This document shows, one piece after another, positions 52,705 through 64,000 of a stretch of 64,000 bases of DNA. Made by a program: the position numbers and the translations under genes. The first letter of the stretch is position 1; the number at the start of each line of letters is the position of its first letter. The stretch comes from Botryllus schlosseri (Eukaryota). Location of the stretch: NCBI GenBank assembly GCA_051294905.1, contig CM119371.1:38380001-38444000 (forward strand), read 5' to 3'. Below the pieces are notes generated by a model. That model was not told the DNA's origin. It saw only the letters and a program-made list of their open reading frames with translations, and did no database searches.

Positions 52705-54700
52705 CTGAAAAACCGGATTCGGGCATTTGCAATGACATGATGTCTTGCTGCAATCGAGAAAATGCTCTCATGTTCGGGTCCATGGTATGGCTTTTTGTTC
52801 TTCAAATACGGTCGGTTTGGGAGGGCGTGTATGTGTGGGAGGGTCAATTATTCACGCTTTCCCACTTACCGAGTATTAAAAGATTTTAAGTTATCATCGG
52901 AACCGAAATCATTGTTAATCCACCATCGAAACTCTTTCGTCATCCCTGTCAAGTAGCTCGACATGTTCTTTTACACGAATACAGGCAGATAATTTATTCT
53001 AAAATATAGGGATACATGATCAGCACTTAACAGTCGTAGGAAACGCTTTTCTATTATGACGATGCATAGCTCAGTTTGTGTTGATGCTCCTATACCGAGA
53101 GTTGTTACGTCATGTCCATGAACCGATTGGTCAAGGCGTAATCCTAAATTTTTGTTTTATCCAGAATCCGTCAAGGAAAGCACTAACATTTGGTCTGCAT
53201 TTAATATCCGGAGTTGGGACCAACGTATTCAAGACATCCTCATAGTTATGTTCTAATAATGATGTTGCTTTTTCTAAGTTGTAATATTTGTAATTTGAAA
53301 TTGTTTACTGCGGTACTGGTGAGAGTTTTTAAGTCTTAAGTTTCAAGTATTATGGACTTCGGTATCCACATATATAGTTTCGCATTGATAAAGAGATTAG
53401 GAATTCTTCCTCCCTCACCAGCTTGAGCCTTTTCAGAAGCGTGTTTTTCAAAATCGTTTGCATGGTTCAACAAATATTAAGACATCTTTCTGGTTACGTA
53501 ACAGCATTCTAGAAATCGGAATATTTTGCGACACGATGTCAATTGGCCTACTTTATATTAAGCTTGACCTTTTTTTTACCGGGTGCGCGCTATATAAAAA
53601 AAACCTGTAGCTTCACACGAAATTCCCGAATGGATCTTCTGCCGACGTTTTCGACTCACGGCATGGAATGTCTTGTTACCCGGATAATCTCACAGACTTT
53701 TAATCACCATGTCGTTCGGATGGTACAATTTTATTGTCACTAATCCGGAAACATTAAAGTGTTCTGCTTCATGCCACGGAACGGAGTGTTCTAATCTTCA
53801 CGGTCTAACGTCTTGTCGGATAAATACAGAAACGATAATTAGCATTTAGTTAAGGAAGATTAGCTAGAATCGGAATTTTAATATCTGGAAAATGCAGTGA
53901 CGAAATCCACTTTGTCACAATTTTGACCTTTGGTGTTGAGTATTATAGATCAGAATTCACCTATATTACTGTGAGAAAAGAGATATGCTCTCGGCTTGTG
54001 ACAAGATCGTTTTTGTTTGTGAGTTCCTAATCCACATTCTTACTAAGCTAAAGATGAGTGTACAACTGTACGATGCACATTGTACAATCATCCTGTCTAT
54101 TTTCGTGATGTCAAACGATTCAACGTATGTTTGGTTCCATATAGTTTTTGTTGAGATCTCCATTCATCTGTCTCATTCGATCATCCGTTACCGATAAGTT
54201 AAAAACTCGCAGGCAAGTGATTTCGGATGTACAATGAAAACAATGAAAACATAAGAAAAACCAATTTTTGTTCCCTAGATCATTAATATTCCACCCACCG
54301 TGGTTCCGATCATTAGTTTTCTCATTAGATAGAAATGCTATTTGCTTTTGCGAAGATGATACCATCACGATTCCTTGTCTTAAGTTTACCGCAGTGTTTT
54401 TATTTGTCGATTCGATTGTTGTAAATGTGCGGTAATCTTGAAGGGCGGTAATCTCGTATCGTTCTTAAGGTAAGTGGCGTGACACATGACTTTTATTGTC
54501 TTTTATTGATGTGATTTCAAATGAGAAATAATCCACTATCAGTTTTGGGATGGACACTTGTCTCGTATTTACACGAAGCAAAGTCAGTCGCATCTTTTCC
54601 TAAGATGTGAAATCCGAATAATATTGTAAAGGTTCATGTCAAGCGTTGAATAAAACATGTATAGCAGGGCAATTGAGCATATATCGTCCTCCTTCTAAAG

Positions 54701-55448
54701 CAGTAGTTACAAACCTCTTTGTTGTCACAGACCCGTTTGAAATAATCAATTAACATAGTATTGATATTTATAATCATTATGCTACTCAGCTGTGACTGGA
54801 CTGTCAAAAACTTTTAGTGTTGTTGTTGTTGGTGAAGAAGGAAATACAGATCGAACGAAAAACTATAAGTTGAATTCACCATTAACATAATACTAAAATA
54901 AAGAAACTAGAAAAAAGTAGGGGAATAAATTAATAAAGACAAGATAGGCTGACGAATGACAGCGGGGAAAAGGGCCAGAGCTTCTTAGCGGGGGTCGTCT
55001 CGCACTGTTAGGACTTGGTCACGCTTCTACAAGCGGTTTTTTCCGGCGATACAATTCGATTTTAAAAGTGACCAAAGGGACCATGCCAAAACGTTTCAAC
55101 ATAAGCAAATTTAAGTAGAGGGCAGTTATCGCCTCTGCTAAACTAACCCGCATGCTTTTTGCGTAATAGACGAGTACAACGTGATTTGACCGTTACCGAC
55201 AAGCGTTGTGTTAGATGTAGTATTGAAGTGCGAGGTCAATGTAGGCGACAGCATAAATTTATTTTGATGCATACCTGTAACAGTTTATTCTCACGTGCTT
55301 AAGCTTGACAAATGTACATTTAAATAGAGAAATAAAAGTAATAATAATCGCTTTGTGGTTTCCCAAAATTCTTCAGGGAAACAAGGGACCCCAAATGCTT
55401 TTACACGGAGCCTCGGGGGGTCCATGGATCCCAGGTTAAGAACAACTG
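54701..55448. mobile_element. Old hAT MITE
   Basis: CAGTAGTTACAAACC...GGTTAAGAACAACTG; degenerate TSD. Confidence 0.6.
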
Positions 55449-57544
55449 CTCTAATGACTTCATGAAACATTTTCGCAACACCTGGCGTGGTCAGTAACGA
55501 ATTACTTCTACTTGTTCCCGGTCCAAAATTACGATTTCCCTATTTGCCCTTCTTACTCAGGGGTTATGTGCTTGAATAATATTTCCACTTCACCAGGCTA
55601 AACTAGGCCCATAATACTTACGATCTCACTACCTATGGAATCACGGCTTTGGCTTGCTTTTGAATATTAATTCACGAAGTTCCTTCTACTTCTACAAGAC
55701 TACAAGCAATGACTATTTTGACCACCTCTGCCAAATAGCAAACCATAAACAGCAGAGCCAATATCCTTACTCACGCGTTTACGATTGTCAGGTCACGCCT
55801 TCGCTGCTAGAAAGATGACGTTATCAGATGAGGTTTTTTTTCGCATAATTTCCGCAGCTATCTCACGGGCTCCCCGTGATATCATCGGTATTTTTATACA
55901 TTCCCACTGTTCTCAATTCACCCAACGCAAATTACCCGCGAATTTTCGCGCTACAAATGACCTCAATGTAGTCATTATTAGAAGAATATTTGCTTCTCTA
56001 TTCCACCAGGGCTCGTAGATTGAAGACCAATCTACTAAATTGCTGTTCATTATCAAAATATCTACTTAGCTATAAGTTTCCATCATTTCACGATTGCATA
56101 CCCTGATCTGAATGAGCTAAGCGGAGAGGCCCAAAATTTCCCAGTACTGTGTCAGTCCGTTTCAATATTGTGCAGGAACGACAGAGGTTTTGAAAATTAC
56201 GTAAAGCACTACAAGTGCGGTATGCCAGCCTTAATACATAATTATAACCCTTACACCTCTTCATTACCAGTATAACTGTTGCTCATTGACCATAACCAGC
56301 TTGTAAAAGTTGATAATTTTTCGTTGAAGTTGTGATAGAGTTCTTACATTCATGATTGGAAATTTATTGGAAGCGAGAAGAGCCAAATAAGGATGTTCAG
56401 TTAATCTCACAATGACGAATATTTCTGGGATTTCAATGATTCGTGACGGAAACCTGATTACGATTTCTAAACTTGAATAAACAGTTGTAAACTATTATTC
56501 TTGTTTAAAATAAGTATTGGTATTGATATGCATAGTTTTTTACTGACTATAATCAAATTCGGACAGTCTTGAAGCCAAGTACATAATGTGCAAACTACAA
56601 AATAGCTATTTATTATACACTTCGTGTGAGTATGCAGGTATAGGATACAGGGATTTACTTCAAACAGATTACAGCATTTATATACGAGTCGCTTGTGACT
56701 AGAACGTCATAAAGTATGTATTAGGATGCCGGTAAATTGTATAATATTTTAATTGTGTCTCGTGACCCTCCTGCAGGAAATTCGAAACCGGAGTAAATTT
56801 CGCCTGCACCTGGTTCTCTTAATTTGCTCAGAAAAAGGACCCGCGACTGACTGATTGTGTGATGCAATTACGCCATTAGTTTAATGGAGACCTAATGAAA
56901 CGATTCTGTCTATCACTCACGCTGCAATTACTGGATTAGGTCGCTTCGTTTAATCACAGACCAATGTGGCGCAACATGCCTTTCAATTACAGCGTCTGAC
57001 ATTGTCATGTCAATGTTTCTAACGGGATTGAAACCATTTCTAAAACTCTTTTTGTCACGAAATGAGGACTAATCACCATCAAACCCGAAACCTATTTACA
57101 ACGTTTGGTCGCCTTGTAGAAGAATTGTGTTTCTGAGCGCTGTTTTCTGTCTTTGAAGAGGCGGATTTTGTTGTTTAACTGCGAAATTGTGTTTGGTAAT
57201 GATATGTGTTGGAAACCGTCGGTGCATGATATCCGTGATCGGCAGAACTAAATTTTAAGCAAGGTAGAATCGCTTCTCTTTGGTATATGCATCAAACAGT
57301 GTGCCGTGCCAACTCGGTCATTATTATGCTCTCGTTATGCTCTCGTAACTTTTGCTATTAGCACCGGTCCCATAGCCTTGCAGTCCACATTACCGCGAAA
57401 GACCAGTATCGATGTATTGTGAGCGAATTCTCCCCGCCAAATTGTAAAAGAATGAATATTTTCCAGAGTTGGGACAAGACAGCTGAACACATCGGGAAAA
57501 CTACTGCAGAAATGAGTCGCGAAAGACGAATTGCTCTAATTTAC

Positions 57545-57890
57545 GGTGGAATATAGGAAAGAACACGACGTAGTTTCTTTATGTCCTTCATGTTTTTTGC
57601 GGCATATACACCGACCCATGGTATACATATAGACGCGATCTGTGCATATGCATACCATGAGTGCATGATGTGCATATGCCGCTGGATAAGGAAGGTGCAA
57701 ATATAGCCTTGTACGGCTTTCGAAGTCTTGCACCACCCCTCCATGCTATCCCAATGCGCGAGCACCAAGCGAGGAAGTCATGGATACCAGTGTAACTGAT
57801 CAGGTCTTTGGTCCGACCCGGCCAGAGATCGAGCCCACGACTTACCGATCAAGAAGCCGGATGCGTCACCATCACGCTATGTTGTTGGCC
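57545..57890 (-). mobile_element. tRNA-derived SINE family 2, second copy
   Basis: Collinear with 20305-20636. Confidence 0.75.
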
Positions 57891-58324
57891 AGGACATCGT
57901 CGGTCAAAATATTGTTTTACTTCAAATATCCATATTTCCTGGATTTGAAATCATGATTTCAAAGGTTTCGTCAAAACCGGTATTATAGTTTTGCTTCACC
58001 GTACTCAATTTCTCAGTCAATATATTTGAAGATTGTGTGTAATTTGCACATCACGGAGATAACCGATTTCGCGCCGACCGGAAAAGCTATCCATTCATTC
58101 ATTTTTTGCATAGTATATTCAATTTATTCATATTGAAAGTAACCCGAATATTCTCATTCGTGTGTCTTCCGGTCGACTTCTTTTTATCAAAATCAGCCAA
58201 CCGAGTTTGCATTGACAGAAGAGTTTATGTATAATATAATATTGAGCTTAAGCGATCTGTTCGACTGGATAATTAAAATTATCTTGCCAAATCTCATGTT
58301 CATTCATTCTTTTGTTTCGCACAA

Positions 58325-58556
58325 TGCAATGGGTTGCTGTATCGTGTCTGACCGAAATCGACTCCATTATACCTACCTAAGTGTTTGCGTTTTATGTAGG
58401 CTCCTTCTCACCACGTGATCCGTGTATGCGGTGACTTATAAAAGCCTAGAAGCAGGCGGTGCTACAAGTCGGTAAACACGGAATCAAAAATAAAGAATAT
58501 CGGCCTGGTGTAAAATGACCAATGTAGTCGAAACACCATGAATATCAAGCAAACAA
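58325..58556 (+). mobile_element. Degenerate SINE family 1 copy
   Basis: Aligns by eye to 200-420 (cctaagtgtt...aagcctagaag...gctacaagtcgg...acaccatgaata). Confidence 0.65.
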
Positions 58557-58762
58557 TTCTTTCATTCGTGTTCCTTCTTAAGGTCGACTTTATGAAAATT
58601 TAAATCAGCCAACCTAGTTTTTACCGACGAAATGAATTTATGTATAATCTAATATTGAGCACAAGCGATCTTTACACGACTCCATGATTCGAATTTTCAT
58701 GCCAACGACGTCATATTTAGTGATACCATTGTTGATATAAAATGTTCTTTTAACATTAGTGC

Positions 58763-58830
58763 TGGTCGCTGACGATTAACCCAGGCCATTGTCAACCGAA
58801 AGTATTCTGCATTATTTCAATATGACTATA
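58763..58830 (+). repeat. Highly degenerate copy of the short hammerhead element family
   Basis: gctgacgattaaccc...gtcaaccgaaagtattc...tttcaatatgactata. Confidence 0.55.
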
Positions 58831-60783
58831 TTATTCGATTTTACATCGCAGAAAGAGCGGAAGGTGATTTTCATATTGATTCGGAAAACGCGTATCATAG
58901 CTATGATATTTCATTTTCGACGGCAACAGGAAAACCAGCTATATACACCGATAAACTGCTTCGAAGCACTTGACACCGCATAACCTGACCGCGTGATTCC
59001 GATGCTTGGAGATTCACTCGACTATATTCGCAGTTACTATAATAATTCCCCGATATAACTTTGCGGTAAATCCGGTCAATCTGCGGTCACATATCGCCGC
59101 ACGTCAACCGCCTATCATGATTCATATTATTTATGTTACCATCGGGAAATTACTCTGTATATAGATACCGCGGACTAACTGCGCTATCTCAAGTGGTTAG
59201 ATTCCACTTCCCGGTGTCTTGATATAGGAAGATAAATATACATTTTAGGGTATGATTGGACTCTCGTAGGATAAATTCAATCAAATTGCACGCATTCAGT
59301 AAAATTGCATTCCTTTAGACATCGAGGAATGCAGAAGCTATCGCAACTATGAATTCAATTCCAATGCCTTTCTAGTTCCAGGCAATCAACACGTGTTTTA
59401 AAGTGTGGAGATGTGTCACACCGCATATTGTACACTCGTGATGGTCCAGCCGGCTGTTAAATTCAAACTAATATGCCGTTAGGTAGTTTCCAAGAGTTGA
59501 TGAGCTTTTGCTGCTCTAGGATTGCAAGGTATCGCCATCGATAAGTTGAATTCAAATTGATCAGAGTGGAACGAATTCATTGATTAGTTAGATTGCATCT
59601 CGCCTTAAAATACTTATGAAATGGATATATATATATATATATTATATATACGATAGAGAATGATCCATGAGGACCTGCGATTGGTCCTTCAGATAGAGCA
59701 TCAAACAAATTGATAGTTTTCACGGAAAATGTTGCAGATTACAGATCGGCGCGAAGGCTCGAGGTTAAAATTATCGCAATGACCTGATAAACCGATTTCA
59801 TGATTGAATTGGAATATTCCTATTCTGATATTTATCAGTCCGTGATTACAATAATATAATTTGATGTGTCTCCTCTGCTTCATTAGGGACTCTTTTTAGA
59901 TAGAATGCCTCTGATATTTTTGCTGAAGTGTGTCGTTAGTTCATCAAAGCAAGTTCTAACCCAGAACTGGGGACACGTCACGTAGACCACGACTGGACTA
60001 TGATTGAGGGTCAACTTTAGTATGATAGCTGCTATTAGAGCACAAGAAGCCGTTAGCGGGACTCTGGATATTATCGTACAAAGTTCATTTGTTGAAGCAA
60101 TCAAACCAATATCGAAATTGCGAAATCTCATTCACCGAGATTATAAGTATGTTTGTTGAAGCAATCCCTATAATTTGAATAACCGACATTTGACAGGCTT
60201 GATGTGGCCGGCGTGTAGTGACAATGACTTTGATAACCTTTACTCCCAAACGCAACGGCTCTTCGAGTATTTATAGCTTATCGCGATGCCGTTTCAACCT
60301 TATACAAATATTTGAATTCTGAATTTAACTCTACAATTACGCTCATTTACAAAGGTTTAAGGTTGGACGCTCTCTTTCCTCGCAGCTTCACGCGTGGCGC
60401 TTCAACTAATCTGTAGCCATCCATTCAAACGTTTGTAACTAATTCAATATGCGGACATGACATGCAACTTGGTCTCAGAGGTTTTAAAATGAACTTCCAT
60501 TGTTTCAAAACTCATTTAGAATTTGCATTCCACTCCCATCACGGTGTCTAATCTTCAGAACAACGATTAGGTGCCATACCAACTTTATATAACAGATGTT
60601 GTTTAATAATGATAGTAGGATGACAGATAATAGTAGTGACGCTTATCTCTCCTAAAGGACTGGTGTACCACGGTCTGTATTGCCTTTGTAATTAGTAACA
60701 ATGCGAAGCAGCAAGTGCGTGTGCATTCTTCATGTTAATATTATTATTGTCAAGTGTAGTAAAATCGTGATACTGGTGCCTAT

Positions 60784-61153
60784 TAGTGCGGAGCATGGAC
60801 CGTAACCGGATTGGATATCCGCCCGGATTTTTTCAATGTTGGCCGGAGCTGCATCAGTACTTTTTTAATACGGTCTTTATTGATGAGCATGACTTTTGAA
60901 ACTAAATAACTACCTAGCAACCTACCAACCAACCAACCAACCAACCACACGCAAATAACCGCCAAACCAGTGCGAAAATAAACGAGCGATATTTATAAAT
61001 TCACGGAGCCCCCGTACCGTGTAGGGCGGACCATGAACCAGAGACGGAATGGATATCCGGCCGGCCTTCATCATTTCTTGTCGGAGCCGGACCAGATAAT
61101 TGACAAAGAGGATCGGAGTCGGATCAGAGAATTTGTCGATCCGCTCGGCACTA
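60784..61153. mobile_element. MITE with CCGGAT-type subterminal repeats
   Basis: TAGTGCGGAGC...GCTCGGCACTA termini; CCTAT on both flanks. Confidence 0.6.
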
Positions 61154-62452
61154 GACCTATCACATCATATTGCTTTTGTGCGCCATGTCTGTAGGAGTTA
61201 TGATGGGGAATACAAATCAAAAAATGTATATACAAATTTTAGTCTTAATAATATGTTCTTTCACAATAAATATACGTAACTAGATTGTACGACATATTAA
61301 TCCCAACGATAGACGCGTACATATATATATACTCTACATTTTTTTGCTTATACCCATTAACTTGCGATTTCTGAAAGGAGAGGAAAGTAAAGGACTGAAA
61401 TTTGAGGGTCAGTGGTACAAGTCGGCGCTCTGACGTCAATTTCTGCGACGAATAGGGTTATTAATAACGTTCGCATAACCGCGCGGCTACCGTTTTGCAC
61501 TGGCCGTGTATTTGAACACGATATGAAGTCCCGGATCAAACGACGAATATGGATAATTACGGTGGCGAATTCATCACACATCTTCGTAATTGCAACACAA
61601 AATAAAATGAGTGTGGGAACATCGTGTTCCCTCAGCTGACCTTCCCGTGCTTTCGTGGAACGAACGCTTTCTCACAATTAAACAAACTTGATCCTCGCAT
61701 GAACGGAGTGCTTGGCTAATTAAAATCGATTTATTGGAACACATTTATTCACAATTAACACGAAATGGCAAACGTGGGACATCGGACCATTTAGCACGGT
61801 CGACGGAGCTCCATGCGGCATACAAGCCAAATATAATTGACTACAAGGCGGTGTCTTCAAGCTCTCATTTCGAGTGCTTACAGTAGATCTGCACATCCCA
61901 GAAATATGTTCAGTAACGAGATAAGGTCCCTACACGCTTAACGGAAAGAATGTGTATTCACATCCAAAGGGCCGAAAGGGTGATAGACGACAACAGAACC
62001 TCAGAAGTATATAGCGGTCAAAAATCCCACGTGCCTATGTGGACACTTTTCTAATTCCTACGTGCGAGCATAATTGGATTAAAATGTTGCACTCGATGTA
62101 TACCACGGTATAAGTCGGAGGTTGGGTCTGGTTTCGAGCAACATGGGTATATATTAACACCTGTATATCCGGGGTGGTACACGGGGGGATATGCATGCAC
62201 ACTCTTACCGTACTCAAATGTTTCAGTTTTCCCTTCAAGTTTTTAGGGCAAAAATTCCTACATCTTTACGTTCTCAATTCTGTTAAACGGAAAGTAATTT
62301 TGGAACAAGTTTGCATCACTTATATACGTACGTAGTTATAACAACAGAGTCAGATATCCCAACATCCCCGTAAAACAATATATTGTCAGAAGAGCTTCTT
62401 GGAGGTACAGAACTTCAATATACAATTAAATAGTATATTCATATTGAAATGA

Positions 62453-62486
62453 ACCAGAATATTTTCGGCTGACACTCGTCAGGGGT
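62453..62486 (-). ncRNA. Hammerhead ribozyme, inverted arm (one stem I mismatch)
   Basis: accc-CTGACGA-gtgtcagcc-GAAA-atat-TC-tggt; G>T at the first stem I pair. Confidence 0.65.
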
Positions 62487-62506
62487 AATACTAGTTGCTG
62501 ACGATT

Positions 62507-62540
62507 ACCCCTGACGAGTGTCAGCCGAAAATATTCGGGT
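62507..62540 (+). ncRNA. Minimal type-I hammerhead ribozyme
   Basis: accc-CTGACGA-g(tgtcagc)c-GAAA-atat-TC-gggt; palindromic stem III AATATT. Confidence 0.82.
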
Positions 62541-64000
62541 TCATTTCAATATGAATATACTATTTAATTGAATATATTGTCAGCAATCATTATGGATTAA
62601 TCGCGAAGATCCATCATCAATTTCGAGAGCAAGCACTTCCCAATAATTTTTTAAAGTATGCGACTCCCCGGCCACATCTACTTTTCAAAATTACGTACTT
62701 GGGTACTGCTTAGACCTGTAAATATCTACTTCAAGACTAAATGTAGTTTTGTCATATGTCGAAAATACCTACTTCAGTTGAAATTGAGTAGTAAATTTTC
62801 GGCAATACATCTATCACTACTTCGACCACCCATGATATCCCATTACTACTTCCAATTTCTTGTTTTTGTTCACAGGATACCGAGAGATATCAACAAATAC
62901 TTTCCGTTCGTAATAATACGCAACCCACAAGTGACACGAAGACTGTGAACAGCGGATAATCAAGTTACGCACAAAGTTGACTTTATGATTAAGGCGACAA
63001 GCTTTCGCAAATTCTCGGCAGCAGGCGTCAATTGCATTCCGGCTTATCTGACACTTGAACAAATATGCGGCGTATTATAATAACTCTTTGATAATGGCCA
63101 CGTATGACGCTCAACATACTTTCCACAAGTGTTTGAAATTGGGAGATGATTCTGAATTTTCCTGTTTTTAAAATATTGTAAATCCGTATTGACGTCACTG
63201 AATTGTTTCGTCGTGATGAATTCGGGCTACAATTTCCGATATCCCGAATCTCGAACACTTCCGGATAATACAAAATGTGAGGAATCTAGAAATTAAAAAT
63301 GTTATCATCAATTCCGTTGCGGTCATTGCCCCGCAAAATTCGATGAATTCTACTCATCTCATCATTGCTGGAGTATTTGGTTGTAATAAGCTTCGATGCG
63401 AACAGATAACACATGCTCGTCCTCGCCACCCGGTAGACAGCAGGAATTATAAGACAACGCATCGCTTTATCAAGTAGGCCGGACCACGACTGTGGTACGG
63501 CGTTTAGCCTGCAACGCGACAGCTGCCGATCAAGTCAAATACAAACAGATCGTACTGGATAAATGCTAGTCTGTTCTTCAGATTACCAGACCGCGATCTG
63601 CTTTATCCATATCCTATACGGACATAATGCCATTTCATTTGTAACGCTTTTTGTGTTACTTTGTGTTCGGTGTGCGTGCCTCTCATATTTAAATTTTATA
63701 TGCCAAGGTGGGTGTTTAATTGGAATACTACTTCAAGTTTTTCAGACACATTCCTATATTTTCATTTTGTCGTCATCTTCTAGTACTTCGAAATGATGAA
63801 ATTGTTCATAAACTGAACTGATATTAAAACATGATGACCAGATCGATTTTCGGGTGTGCATTCTTCCCTGCTTTTTCCAACGGTATTATGAATTCGCGTG
63901 GAAATCATTCCAGACTTGCATTTCAAGCTCAAATACGTTACGGGTTGAACTGCTATATTTGTGATTAGTATTTTATCAGACAGACCAAGGCAATGGCATG

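Larger units (their letters stand above)
62390..62570. mobile_element. 181-bp palindromic mini-retroelement (PLE-like, two head-to-head hammerhead arms) with 13-bp TSD
   Basis: Arms 62390-62489 (-) and 62490-62570 (+) are inverted copies; AATATATTGTCAG flanks both sides (62377-62389, 62571-62583). Confidence 0.85.

Overview
Eukaryotic, AT-rich, intron-containing animal DNA; the short introns and repeat types suggest an invertebrate chordate such as an ascidian (inference only). One clearly intact protein gene: a 6-coding-exon, 263-aa true IGFBP on the minus strand (39027-37431), with a 12-Cys IB domain, a Tyr/Pro/acidic linker split over three mini-exons, and a thyroglobulin-1 C-domain. A Penelope-like retroelement (RT + GIY-YIG, 23841-26693) has an inverted terminal arm, a 13-bp target-site duplication (TSD) and a minimal hammerhead ribozyme in each arm. 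A second hammerhead-bearing short repeat family (about 7 copies, 47-62.6 kb) includes a 181-bp palindromic insertion with the same architecture, its own 13-bp TSD and a 3' tail shared with the Penelope element. Also present: two convergent, disrupted paralogues of a secreted propeptide/Thr-stalk/C-type-lectin gene, a possible decayed DEG/ENaC gene, candidate orphan exons, tRNA-derived SINEs, LINE 3' ends, and many non-autonomous DNA transposons nested up to three deep. All coordinates and translations were read by hand; no database search was run.
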